Below, one piece after another: positions 39,618-52,562 of a stretch of 64,000 nucleotides of DNA. Source of the stretch: Octopus sinensis (taxonomy: Eukaryota); the NCBI RefSeq assembly GCF_006345805.1, contig NC_042999.1, forward strand, positions 161,634,001 to 161,698,000, given 5' to 3'. The notes beneath the pieces were generated by a model, which searched no databases, had not been told where the DNA came from, and was given only the letters and a program-made list of their open reading frames with translations. Position 1 is the first letter of the stretch. Every line of letters starts with the position of its first letter. Both the position numbers and the translations under genes were made by a program.

Positions 39618-40173
39618 CTGTATGCAACTATCTATCTTTTTGTTTTTTGGTTGTATCTTCCCTCCATCTCTTCCAGTTAAAAGAGTCTCAGATAATCAAA
39701 ACTAGTAATCAATATACTACCCTCACACAAAACCCATCCCATGCACCCTCACTCCTATACTACATCTTCCAACTGATACTACACGAAAACTTTACCTAAT
39801 TATTTCTCTGACAAACTGAAACTCTCATTGTTTTATTTATGATTGCCCCATCTTACAAACACTAGCTCATTTTGTATGTTTTTTTGAAAAATAATTAGGG
39901 AAGTGAGAGGGAGAGTGCTCACACAAACTTTGTTAGTCTTTGTAAACTTGTAAGATTGATCCAAATGATATTCTAGTCAAAGTGCATGGAAGAAAATGTA
40001 TAGGCAGTTGGGAATTCTAGTGGAATTATAATCTGGGAAAGAAGGGCTAAACACAGTGTCTTGAGCCGAATCTGGAAGATGGGACATTGTAAAGGAAACA
40101 GGAAGAAGAAAGACAGGGGATAAAGTCTAGTATAGAAAAAACTAGTTCAGAAAAAGTGAGATTATTTTGTTAC

Positions 40174-40384
40174 TAACCCGGTCAAAACCGGCTCTGGCTC
40201 AGTGGTCAAATGTTTTGTTTTCAAAAGCTTTGAATTAAAATCTTCCACCAAGCCTTAGTCACAATTTAAGTTCCTAACACTAACTTAATGATAACTGAGT
40301 TATTTTACTAAATTCTTTGTTATGTTTAAAATAATTGATAGAAACACAGAGCATCTCAAAATAAATACAGTAACAAAAGGGTTA
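40174..40384. mobile_element. piggyBac-type MITE fragment (second family)
   Basis: Ends GTAACAAAAGGG|TTAA. The left end is degraded. Confidence 0.5.
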
Positions 40385-40479
40385 ATGTTGCAAGAAAATA
40401 TATGTTTACAAGATTTGAATTACAAGATAATTTACAAAGCATTATTATAAAAAAAGTGTAAGTAAATAATTGCTATTAC

Positions 40480-40710
40480 CTGTTTATAATTGCCACATCA
40501 CGAGAATCACAAGACTTTGAACTTCCAACTGATGAGTTTAGTGAGGATGTTGGAGACAGCCGTAAATAACTACTGACATTAGCTGGTGGTACATTCTCTT
40601 GATATGTGATGATGTCTAAAACATTTGGGATGTTTTTGGAGTTTGACCGCAAAGGTTGCTTACTGTCTTCCATCCAAGCCTGTGGAAATACCATTATGAT
40701 GTGTGTTTTT
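40480..40710 (-). CDS. Putative coding exon A (231 nt, phase 2 to phase 2)
   Basis: Poly-T acceptor (T-run + AG) and donor CAG|GTAATA. The open frame is KTHIIMVFPQAWMEDSKQPLRSNSK...SSKSCDSRDVAIIN(R) and is phase-compatible with exon C. An alternative acceptor tttccacAG lies within it. Confidence 0.65.
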
Positions 40711-40779
40711 CTAAAAAAAAATCTGAATAATTCTGTTTTTTTTTAGTATATATATACATTCTCAGATGCACCTATGTTC

Positions 40780-40788
40780 TATATATAT

Positions 40789-40841
<53 letters not shown>

Positions 40842-41025
40842 ACACACACATACATATATATATACATACATACATACACACACACATATATACATACATA
40901 CATACATACACACACATACATATATATATACATACATACATACATATATATATATACACACACACACACATATATATATACATACATATATATATATATA
41001 CACATACACATACATACATACATAC
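40780..41025. repeat. Compound (TA)n/(CA)n/(TACA)n microsatellite
   Basis: Visible run. Confidence 0.95.
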
Positions 41026-41639
41026 AGTGAAATATTCTCATGTACTTACAATCAAATCTACACCAGCCATCCATTATTAATTACCAATAATTAACAAAAG
41101 GCCTAAATGTAGAACTAAAGAGTAAACTGTCTCGTGACAAAACAACTTAATTGGATCCTGTTTCAATATTTCTCCACCAAAATTACTTCTAAGCTGTTCA
41201 CATTTGTAGGCATTGACATACGTGTTCTTTTCGTGCACAGGTTGCATAAGATATGCCACTTGCACTCAAAATAAATTTCAGTATACACAAAGAAATCAAA
41301 TACAATGCATACATTGAAGTACTGTTTGCATGTGTGCGGCAGAATGACTGATACACAATTAAACATCCCTGAAGTTCATTTCCTGGCTGGCAAAAATTCA
41401 ATCAGCTAAGCGCTTCAGCTATTGTCTCACAGACATGTATCTTCTACCTGAATGGGCAAGTTACATGCTCCTCTGTCCATATTCCCTTAATCTATTAGTC
41501 TATAGTCCATCCATCACCTTTACTGTGAGCTGTCACAAGGGTAGATGAGGTCAGTAAAGATGGCAGAGATTAAACAAAACCTTCATTTATCTGATTGCCC
41601 AATGAATACTTTGCTTAACTTTTCTTTTATAGATAGTAA

Positions 41640-42024
41640 AAGGAGCACTCCATCGGTTATGACGATGAGGGTCCCAGCTGATACGATCAACGGAACAGCC
41701 TGCTCGTGGAATTAACGTGTAAGTGGCTGAGCACTCCACAGACACGTGCACCCTTAACGTAGTTCTCGAGGAGATTCAGCGTGACACAGAGTGTGACAAG
41801 GCCAGCCCTTTGAAATAGAGGTACAACAGAAACAGGAAGTAAGAGTGAGTGAAAGTTGTGGTGAAAGAGTACAGCAAGGATCACCACCATCCCCTGCCGG
41901 AGCCTCGTGGAGCTTTTAGGTGTTTTCGCTCAATAAACACTCACAATGCCTGGTCTGGGAATCGAAACCGCGATCCTACGATCGCGAGTCCACTGCCCTA
42001 ACCACTGGGCCATTGCACCTCCAC
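41640..42024 (-). mobile_element. SINE family B, full-length, 12-bp TSD
   Basis: Reverse complement of 26349-26723, with TATAGATAGTAA at 41628-41639 and 42025-42036. Confidence 0.9.
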
Positions 42025-43543
42025 TATAGATAGTAACAGCCTAATTTTCCCTGTTCCTATCTTGTTATTCATGCAGATACTGACCTACATCAAGTTCATC
42101 AGTCTGGGAAGGTCTGCAAGAGGTGTAGATGCCACCCTTCCTTAATAGAATGATAAGTGCATTGAATGAAATGTCTTCCAGTATTTATTCTGGCTCTCTG
42201 AATTCTAAGTTCAAATCCTGATGTGGCCAGCTTAACTTTTCATCTTTCCTGGATTGACAAATAAGAGACCAGTACTGTGAACTGGTTGAATCATTAGAAT
42301 ATTGAAGAAGCTGTTTTGAAGTATTTGTTCTGGCTCTTGCATTCTGAGTTCAAATCCCATGATAGCCTACTTTGGTGATAGACTTAAATTATCCCTTGGT
42401 TTAACATGAATATCTAGTAATTGGGTGTATTTAACAGAGTTTGTTCTTGTGTATGCATTTAGAGTAGGCCTCTGGTTTTTGGATACTGTCATCTCTTTCT
42501 CCCACTATCTCAGAGACCCCATAAGGGTCATAAGGCACTGCCCTTCCTCTTCACTAAGCAATAAAAGAAGTTTATATATAAAAATAATCATAGGGCCCAG
42601 TGTTTTCAAAACAACCTCTATTATACTCTACAATCATATATAGTTTTAAAAATGCTATACAGTTTTTCATATCCTTGTGATACACAACAAAGACAAGATG
42701 TCTAACTGGTTAAGATATTTGACTATCTGTTCATGAGTTCAAATCCATTGCAATTCAAACTCACTGGACAGAATGAAAGAAATGTATTGTCATTTAATGT
42801 CCACTTTCCATTTATAATAGAAGTCTTCTGGCCACAAATTTTGTATATGGAAGTAATCAATTTTGGTGGAGGCATGTAATTAACTTGATGTATGATGTCG
42901 ACAGTTTTGAGATAGTAGCATAGCTAATTTTGGCAGAGAGGAGTAAGATGTGCTCAAACCCAGGATATTGTGTTCTTAATTTTATCACCCTCCCCATTCC
43001 CAGAAGGATTAAAGACAAAGGAAAGCTAAGAATATGAAGTGATGTAATTAAGTACTGTTCGGTATTTTACCTGATGTTCAACTGATTTTACCATCACCAT
43101 TTTAGAAATAAAGATTATATCTTTTGAAATATACAATAGTTGTGATTCTATCAGAATTGTCCTTCAATGGATAGTTTTCATTCCATATGCAGACTCTGGA
43201 AGCTGTTCTTGGAAGAAAAGCTCCAAGAGAAGGATGCAGTGAAGTCAGATCATAAGATGTTGTGTTTTGCAAATGAAATGACAAAAAAAATCAAAAATGA
43301 GTGGTGATAAGCTGTATAGCAGGAATAGTCAGTCCATAGGAGCAGATGCTAAAATACTAAGGAAGACGAAAAGGAGGATAGTTGTCAGTAGCGGAAGTTG
43401 CGTGATGTCCATGATCATGATAACAACAAGGATGTTTGTGATGGGTAGTGAAAGGAGTTTATAGACCACCTGCCAAACATTTCACGCACACACAAAACAT
43501 ACCTCACTACACTATATGAGTATATGTGAGTATATATATTAAA

Positions 43544-43775
43544 GGCGGCGAGCTGGCAGAAAGGTTAGCACGCCGGGCGAAATGCTTAGCGGTATTTCGT
43601 CTGTCGTTACGGTCTGAGTTCGAATTCCGCCGAGGTCGACTTTGCCTTTCATCCTTTCGGGGTCGATAAATTAAGTACCAGTTACGCACTGGGGTCGATG
43701 TAATCGACTTAATCCGTTTGTCTATCCTTGTTTGTCCCCTCTGTGTTTAGCCCCTTGTGGGTAGTAATGAAATAT
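43544..43775 (+). mobile_element. SINE family C, young copy (MetaSINE-like central domain)
   Basis: CpG-rich. Head GGCGGCGAGCTGGCAGAA, B box GAGTTCGAATTCC and central GCCTTTCATCCTTTCGGGGTCGATAAATTAAGTACCAG. Confidence 0.85.
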
Positions 43776-45324
43776 ATATGAGTATATATGATACCAGCCT
43801 ATAACACATCTCACTACATCCACCACACCAATCCACGCAACACACATATCACACACACACACACACACCACATGCTCACATTGCAGGAGACATGCACTAA
43901 CTGCACACTACACCAGACTGTACCATGTCACATCACACCAAACCATACCACATTACATCGTATCAAATAAGACCACACACAGTCACCAACACACTCACAC
44001 TAGACTATCTCTGAAATAGGTGGTTGCTATGGTAACTGGTCATTAGCCCAAGAGTTCATATCTTAGCAAGAAAGGAAGTGTGTGTGTGTGTGTTTGTATC
44101 TGTGTGCACATGAGAAGGAGAGAAAGAGGCAGCCACAGAAAAGCAGTGAGAGAGAGAAACAGCAGAGATTGAACAACATGAAGTATACATCAACTTTAGA
44201 TCTTTTCATAACAGATTCAAAACAGCTGTAAAGAAGAGAGACAAAAGCTGCAACAGGTCCACTGTGGCATTCATCCATTTTCTTTATAATCAATGAAGCA
44301 ACAAATACAAGTGCAGGTCTTCCCTAGAAAATATCTCAAGACCAGATAGTTTCAATCTCTGTGTCACAGCTCACTTGTGTGCCACAGAAGATCTGTTGAT
44401 ATGTCACAAGTTTTTGAGACAAGTTATTTAGAGAAGCTGTGAGCTTTTAATGCACTGTATATATGCAGTTTATGTGCACATTTCTCTTTTAAAACAATTA
44501 TGTTGTGTAATGAAACTAACTAGCAGCAAAACTCCAAAGTCACTGAGATTATTTTCTCTTGTTAGAAAAAAAGCCCACTGCATTCTACATTTAAGAACTG
44601 AATAATTCTTCAGTTGAAATTTGATGGCCCTAAAATAAATTCATGAGACAGAGAGAGGGAGATAGAGAGAGAGAAAGAGAGAGAGAGCAAATAATATGTT
44701 ACAAAAGGCAATATTAATGCAGATAGAACAATAAATACCAAAATAATTATAAAGATAATGTTACCTTAGAAATATTTATCAGCCCTAATATTTTGAGTTA
44801 ATTCTTTTCAAAGCTTTAATAAACAAGAGAGATTAAATTGCTTGTCCATTTTGTTGCCATGACAGATCCTTGCGTGAAATTATAGAACTACCAAGGTAGA
44901 ATTTTAGGCTCACTGTTTACATTCCACAGTCAAAGTGACAGGGTGAGGTAATGCATGTGTGAAGAGGAAATGGGTCGAGCATTGTGAGTCATTGTATTCA
45001 TAGTGTCCACTAATTCAATTTAAGCCAGTTGTCAAGCACAAGCTTGCATTTCTTTGATCAGAATAGTTTCTTTCATCCATAGATTACTAATATTGATTTC
45101 AATTTGGGCACAAGGCCAGTAATTTCGGGGTAGGGAGTACGTCGATTATATCAACCTCAGTATTCAACTAGTACTTATTTTATCTACCCAGAAAGGATGA
45201 AAGGCAAAACTGACCGTAACAGAATTTGAACTCAGAGCGTAAAGACATACAAAATGCTGTTAAGCATTTAACCTTGCATGCTAACAGTTCTGCTAGCTTG
45301 CCATCCTATAGATTATTAAGATCT

Positions 45325-45730
45325 ATAATAGTCCTCCAGGCAATAACAGAGGAATTCAAGACAGGATGCCCCTGGGAGTTCCTGTATGCTGATGATCTTG
45401 CATTAATAGCTGAGTCACTACCAGAAATAGAGGAGGTTTCAGGTGTGGAAGCAGGGCCTAGAATTGAAGGGACTTAGAGCCAATCTAGCAAAAACCAAAA
45501 GTCTTAGTAAGTAGGAAAGCAGACAAACCACAAATCCCTTCAAGTAGATGGCCCTGCTCGATCTGTAAAAAAGGCGTAAGCAGAAACACCATAAGATGTA
45601 CCTAGTGTAAGCTATGGATACATAAGAGGTGCAACAATATCAAAGGAAGGTTAACTGGGAAGATAGTTTTTATGTGTGGCAAATGCACAGGAGCAATAAA
45701 CACTAAAAATGTGCAAAAAACAGCTTCCAT
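45325..45730 (+). pseudogene. RTE reverse transcriptase internal fragment
   Basis: IIVLQAITEEFKTGCPWEFLYADDLALIAESL followed by the Cys-rich WPCSICKKGV..C..C..W.HKRC region. Same family as 50437-52222. Confidence 0.85.
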
Positions 45731-46522
45731 CATATATTTGTTCCGCGAGGACATGGAACAAATATAGTATTATTGGACGCTCAGGAAAGAAGGAAAGAAG
45801 GAGGGTTTAGCGTTTTGAGCGGAGCTCTTTGTCGGAAACATAGAGAAGGGAAGATAGAGGAAAAAAAATCGCCAACGATACACATGCGGTCACATGTGTT
45901 TTTGTATTTATAAATACACACACATATATAATGTGCATGTGTGTGTGCATATTTATATATATATACACACATACACACATGTATATACATGTGTATTTAT
46001 ATGTGTGTGTATACACACATGCACATCACCCTTATCATTTAAATGTTGTTCCATGCTGGCATGGTTTGGATGCTTTGAAATGATCTGATGAGTTTGAGGA
46101 CTGGATCAAGAGAGAAAGTAAAGACCATTCTGTAAAGTGGATGGTGTATGAAAGGGCATCTGGCCATAGAAACTATGCCAAAAGAAACATTGGAGCTCAA
46201 CACAACTCTGAATCATCAGATCTTGTCAAAGTGTCCACCCCATACCAGCATAAAGGACAGACTTTTAAGTTCAGTGTATAAACTAAATAATATACTGTTG
46301 AACACTCATGATCTGAATTTGGGTTTGACTTGATGGATCCTTTGGATTACAGATGGGGATTTTTAGGGAAGATTCAGAGTATAGGTTTTAGGATCTGAGA
46401 GAGGAGCCAGGAAATCTCGTACATGACTCCTTCTAAGCTAAAGGTAGGGGATCTTGTTTTAAGTTTAGCTCCAGGAATAGAGTGGCTGGTAGAATGTGAA
46501 CAAGGTCATAGCTGCTACAATT

Positions 46523-48570
46523 CATCATCATCATCATCGTTTAATGTCTACTTTCCATGCTGGCATGGGTTGGACAATTTGACTGAGGACTGACAAGCCA
46601 GAAGGCTTCACCAGGCTTCAATCTGATCTGGCAAGGTTTCTACAGCTGGATGCCTTTCCTGATGTCAACCACTCCAAGAGTGTAGTGGGTGGTTTTTACA
46701 TGCTACCAGCACAGGAGCCAGTCAGATGGCACTGGCATCGACCATGCTCATATAGTGCTTTTTATGTGCCACCAGCACAGGAACCAGTCTGGCGGCACTG
46801 GCATCGACCATACTTAAATGGTGCTTTATACATACCACCAGCATGGGTGCCAGTCAGGTAGTACTGGCATTGGTCACTGCAATGACTTCACTCGACTCAA
46901 TAGGTTTCCTCAAGTACAGTTCATTGCACAATGATTGAAGGGTACTCTTAAATGGGCCAGTTATACTACATTGGCATAGGCCATGGTTATAGTCTCACTT
47001 GGCTTGCTGGGTTTTCTCAATCACAGTATTTCTCCAAAAATCTCAGTCACTCGTCATTGCCTCCATGAGGCCCAACGTTCGAAGGTCGTGCTTCACCACC
47101 TCATCCCAGGTCTTCCTGGGTCTACCTCTTCCACAGGTTCCCGCTACTGCTAGGGTGTGACATTTTTTCACACAGCTGTCCTCATCCATACACAACACAT
47201 GACCATACCAGTGCAGTCGTCTCTCTTGCACACCACATCTGATGCTTCCTATGTCCAACTTTTCTCTTAGACATTACACATCCAGCAAATCATACTAGCT
47301 TCATTTCTTGCAAGCTTATGCATGTCCTCAGCAGTCACAGCCCCTGTTTCACTCCCATGTAGCATGGCTGTTCACACACATGCATCATACAGTCTATCTT
47401 TCACTCTGAGTGAGAGGCCTTTTGTTACCAGCAGGAATAGGTGCTTTTTGAACTTTGATGACTATTATGCTGCTTCCACCGTTCTTCCAGTCCTTCCAAG
47501 CCTGTCTCTTTTCTCTAATAGCTCTGTCTACAACATTGTTCCACCACCACGTTATTTTGGGTCGAGAGGGGTCTTTGCACTATCCACAGATCTGCTCAGT
47601 GGCTCTCAGCAGGTTGTCCAGTAGAAACCTCCAGTTGTCTTCTACACTATGTGAAGCTATATCCTCTTCTATTTCGTCAAAGGCTTTGAGTAATATGTCC
47701 CTAAATCTCGGTCCATTCGCAAGATCTTTAAGCTTCCAGACCCTTCTTTTCCATGTTGGTTGTCTTCTGGGCGTCCACTTAGTCCTGATCCTAAAGTCAC
47801 TAACTATCGGTCTATGTTGTGGGATACATTCTTCACCTGGGTAGGTTTTGGCATTTATAAGCAGCCATATATCCCTTTTTCTGGCAAAGATGTAGTCAAT
47901 TTGGCTAGTGTGTTGGCCCGATCGGTAGGTGACTAGGTGACTGATAGGTTTCCTGAAGTTAGTACTGCAAACCATAAGATCATTTGCATTGCAAAACTCC
48001 AGCAGCCTGGTTCCCTCCTCGTTGCGGGAACCATAGCCGTAGCCTCCATGTACGCCATGGAAGCCCCCTGTACGTTGTCCAATGTGTCCATTGAAGTCAC
48101 CAGTCACAAAGAGAAGGTCCCTGTTATTCGTCAATGAGGTAGTCCGCAAGAGGGTGTCATAGAATCGGTCTTTCTGTCCATCGGGTAGATCTGGCTGAGG
48201 GGCATAGGCTGAGATAATGGTTGCTAACCCATGATGAAGCACTAATCTAATCTTAAGTATTCTGTCGCATACTCTGACTACCACAGTTACCTTATCCACC
48301 CATTTTTCAGTGAGAAGTATACCAACACCCCCGACCCCGTCAGTGTTCCCTGCCCAGAAAATCTTGTACCTGCATTCTTTGCCTGTGAGGAACCTAGCAG
48401 AACCTCCTCTCCACCTTACTTCTTGGATGCAGCATATATTGACACATCTCTGTTCAAACATTTCAACAATCTCACTAGACCTACCTTTCAGTGTGCCAGT
48501 GTGGGAGGTATGGGCCTGTGAGACCCTGGGACGGGGGACAGTGGTTTCATGTACCTGAAAAGAAAACTTG
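46523..48570 (-). mobile_element. Internally deleted RTE LINE: endonuclease, ORF C-terminus, 3' UTR and (GAT)n tail
   Basis: The APE ORF runs into linker sequence, then jumps at ~47440 to the post-RT region (QERRLHWYGHV..GRGRPRKTWDEVVKHDL). The RT core is missing. Confidence 0.9.
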
Positions 48571-48593
48571 CATTTGGCAGAATTCATAGACAA
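47580..48593 (-). CDS. Apurinic-like (APE/EEP) endonuclease domain of RTE LINE, open 337-aa frame, probably non-functional
   Basis: Motifs ICCIQEVRWRG, GGVGIL, ISAYAPQ, GDFNGHIG, SQIDYI and QHRPIVSDF. Confidence 0.85.
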   Translation of the reverse strand: MSMNSAKCKFSFQVHETTVPRPRVSQAHTSHTGTLKGRSSEIVEMFEQRCVNICCIQEVRWRGGSARFLTGKECRYKIFWAGNTDGVGGVGILLTEKWVDKVTVVVRVCDRILKIRLVLHHGLATIISAYAPQPDLPDGQKDRFYDTLLRTTSLTNNRDLLFVTGDFNGHIGQRTGGFHGVHGGYGYGSRNEEGTRLLEFCNANDLMVCSTNFRKPISHLVTYRSGQHTSQIDYIFARKRDIWLLINAKTYPGEECIPQHRPIVSDFRIRTKWTPRRQPTWKRRVWKLKDLANGPRFRDILLKAFDEIEEDIASHSVEDNWRFLLDNLLRATEQICG

Positions 48594-48817
48594 ACAATAC
48601 AGTAGCCTTCAGTTCAACCTGCACACACTACCCTTTTATATTTCGCACTATATGATCATTACCTAACATAGGAGATAGCCCTAGACTAGGGGTGGGGAAA
48701 GCATACAGCCTTTTGTAGAGTTCATGGGAGGCACCCCAGGGTTGACAAAGGATAGGAATAATAGGAACAATAGGAACTTCCGGTATAGGTGGAGGGGTGA
48801 GATGGCGGGGGCACCTA

Positions 48818-49586
48818 GAACTAGGAAGAGGTCTGCTGAGCATAGTTTAAATGAGACAGCAAATGATAATAGTAAAATAGACTTGAGAAAAAAATCTGAG
48901 TGTTCTCCGTCAGACATTCTAAGACAGAATTTAGGGGATAAATAAGTAACTGTGTGATAACTTTAATAGTTGAATGAGTCAATGAACATGTAAGGTTATC
49001 TTAAGGGAACAGCAAGGAAGATGAGCCTATTTGAAAACTATTTTTACATGATGGCATGTTACTAGACAGAATAATGAACAGAGCTAATAGCAGAGGGGTT
49101 TATGATCTATGCTGAAATAGTAAGGTGAATGAAACGAGGTTGAAAAGATGGAAAAATTCTTAACTGGACATCAAGGATCTGTTATTCTTCGGCAGGAGGT
49201 TGTAAGTGAATGGGAGTTCGTTTTCGGTGGCTAGTTTATATAGGGCGAAGCAAGTGGTAATCGAAAGAGAGGGCAAAGCAAGTGGTAATCAAAAGAGGGA
49301 TACATAGTGAAACACGGAGAGAGAGAGAGGGAGAGAGAGAGAGAGAGTGAGAAAGAGAGAAGGGGAGAGGTGGTTTAGAACATGTGGGAAGAAATATTTC
49401 TTCGAACTAAGAAGGGGTCTGCTGAGCATAGTTTCAATGGGACAGCAAATGTTGATAATAGTAAAATAGACTTGAGAAAAAAATCAGAGTTTTCCGTCAG
49501 ACATTCTAAGACAGAATTTAGGGGATAAATAAGTAACTGTGAGATAACTTTAATAGCTGAATGAGTCAATGAACATGTAAGGTTAT
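48818..49586. repeat. ~182-bp direct repeat pair (48818-48999 and 49404-49586)
   Basis: Two highly similar copies of GAACTA.GAAG.GGTCTGCTGAGCATAG...GAACATGTAAGGTTAT. Confidence 0.9.
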
Positions 49587-49684
49587 ATATATATAATCAA
49601 AATAAGCAACAAGAATATCTTCGGTAATTTGGTACGATCGTTTCATATATATATCATAAGTATTTCATTTATGTCTTACGTATT

Positions 49685-49738
49685 TATCGCTGAGGAGGAG
49701 AAAATTCTTATGAATTAACTCTGAAATTGGGACCAATA
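49685..49738 (+). ncRNA. Degenerate hammerhead-like motif
   Basis: tatcg-CTGAGGA-ggag..aattc-ttat-gaatt..ctct-GAAA-ttgggac-caata. Core boxes and stems I and II are visible, but stem III and the cleavage triplet have decayed. Confidence 0.4.
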
Positions 49739-50436
49739 CAGTAAAAACAGATATTTTTAGAAATTTCTATTAGCTTGTTTCGAGATGCATAAATTATAAT
49801 GGTTAATGACAATTTGTCTATTTTCGGCATATTTGGCATTAGAATTTTTCTTTTGCTCTTATTTTATAAGTTATTTATAAATTTAACTTTAAGGGTATTT
49901 TTTAATATGGTGGCCATTGATAAAATTTTTTTTTTTATGAATGAGAAAGGAAGGGGTGATGTCATACTTGGTAGTGTATGCTGAAAAAAATAAATCAAAC
50001 AGCATTTCAACTTTGTGTGAATATATGTGTATATGTAAAAGGAGGGTATGTGAATGTGTGTGTATGGGTGTGCATGTGCATGTGTGTGCACAATGAAAGT
50101 GGGATGGTTCATCTTTGTTCGTTTAGTATTTGGATTTATATTTTGATTTGGTTGAATCTTGGTTGTTTTATTTTTGTTGGTCAGCTACTTTTAGCATTTT
50201 GACAGAAAAAAGTAATTCTAAAATTGTTTTTTAACATAAGCATGCCCAAACAAGTCGAATGCTTTCACAGAGCAGGTCTTACAACCACATCATCCAAACT
50301 GAACAGGTGAAACCGGGCTTAGCTGCTAGCATAAAAATATATATATCATACATACATATATATATATATATATCATATATACATATACATATACATGTAT
50401 ATATATATATATATATATCATATATATTTATATATT

Positions 50437-52222
50437 CATCATCATCGATTAATGTCCATTGGACAGTTTGACTGAGGTATGGAGAGCCAGTGGCTGCACC
50501 AGGCTTCAATCTAATCTAGCAAAGTATCTACATTTGAATGCTCTTCCTAACGCCAACCACTCCGAGAGTGTAGTGGGTGCTCTTTATGTGTCACCGGCAC
50601 AAAAGCCAGTTAGGTGGGCCTGGCAATGATCACATTCAGATGGGGATTTTTACATACCACTGGCACAGGGAGCCAATCATTGAGTGCTGGCATCAGTCAC
50701 GATTGGTTGGCACTTTTTACATGCCACCGGCACAGGAACCAGTCAGGCAGACCTGGCATCAACCATTTTCAGTTGGTGCTTTTTACATGCCACTGGCACA
50801 GGAGCCAGTCTTGGGGTACTGGTATCGATCACGTTCAGTTGGTGCCTTTTACATGTGACTTGCATGGGAACTAGTCAGGGGGCACTGGCCCCAGCTACGC
50901 TATTGGTTTTACTTGACTCAACAAGTCTTCTCAAGCATATCATATCACTCAACGCATCAGCGGTATTCTTAACACAGCCAGACATGCGTGGTTGCAATCT
51001 CACTTTAGTTGCCAGGTCTTCTCAATCACAGCATAGCTCCAAATGTTCTAGTCCCCTGTCATTGCCTCTGTGAGGCCCAGTGTTCGAAGGTCATGCTTCA
51101 TCAACTCATCCCATGTCTTCTTGGGTCTACCTCTTCCACAGGTTCTTTTTACAGTTAGGGAGTGGCACTTCCTCACACAGCCCTTTTCATTCATACATAA
51201 CACATGACCATACCAGTGCAGTCACCTCTATTGCACAACACGTTTGATGCTTCTTATGCCCAACTTTTCTTTCAAGGTGCTTACACTTTGTCCTGTATGC
51301 ACACTGACAACATACATCCAGCGGACCATACTAGCTTCATTTCTTTCATGCATACGCATATCCTCAGCATTCACAGCCCATGTTTCACTGCTGTGTAGCA
51401 TGGCAGTTGACACACATGCATCATACAGTCTACCTTCCACCCTGAGCAAGAGGCCCTTAGTTGCCAGCAGAGGTAGGAGCTCCCTGATCTTTGCCCAGGC
51501 TATTCTTACTCTAGTCGCTACACTCTCAGAGTAAACACCCCCACTACCAACTTAGTTACCTAGGTCGCAGAAGCTATTAACTACTTCTAGTTTATCCCCC
51601 TGGCATGGGATGGAATCTGTTTTCTGCACATCTTCAGTGTTTATTGCCCCAAGTGCATCTGCCACACACAAAAACCATTTTCCCGGCTAACCTTCCTTTG
51701 ATATTGCTGCACCTTTTATGTGTCCCTAGCTTACACCGGGTACATTGTTTGGAGTTTCTACCCATGCCTTTTCTACAAATCGAGCAGGGCCATCTACCTA
51801 AAGGGGGTTGTGATTTGACAGCCTTCCTACTTACTAAGACTTTGGTTTTGGCTAGGTTAACCCTAAGTTCCTTCGATTCTAGACCATGCTTCCACACCCT
51901 AAATTTCGTCTCCAGTTCTGGCAGTGACTCAGCTATTAAAGCAAGATCATCAGCATAGAGGAGCTCTCAGGGGCATCCTGTCTTGAATTCCTCTGTTATT
52001 GCCTGGAGGACTATGATAAATAGGAGGGAGCTGAGAACTGATCCTTGGTGAACTCCTACTTCTACTCGGAATTCTTCACCTTACTGACAGCATCCCTATA
52101 CAGCGCTCATACAGCTCTTACCAGCCACTCATCTATCCCCACTTTCAGTATTGACCATCAGATAAGGGATTGGGGAACCCTGTCAAAGGCCTTCTCCAAG
52201 TCAACAAAAGCGAAGTACAAAG
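50437..52222 (-). mobile_element. 5'-truncated RTE LINE with RT domain (pseudogene)
   Basis: [47 protein letters not shown], a Cys-rich insert, the C-terminal region, 3' UTR repeats and a tail. Confidence 0.9.
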
Positions 52223-52224
52223 GT

Positions 52225-52461
<237 letters not shown>

Positions 52462-52562
52462 AATCGAAAATAAGGGTGAAAAATTGGATATTAATTTAAT
52501 AATACCATCAATTTAACACCAAGTGGTTTAGCGCATAAAAACCAGGAATACAGTAAAAATTA

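Noticed and set aside
40530-40560. CTGATGAG matches here and at ~46085
   Set aside because: There is no correctly placed GAAA box or supporting stems.
40762-41080. YI/HT/CV-rich ORFs (also 52045-52473 and many others)
   Set aside because: They are translations of (TA)n and (CA)n microsatellites.
43102-43284. Candidate upstream exon of the minus-strand gene
   Set aside because: No convincing acceptor AG or donor was found.
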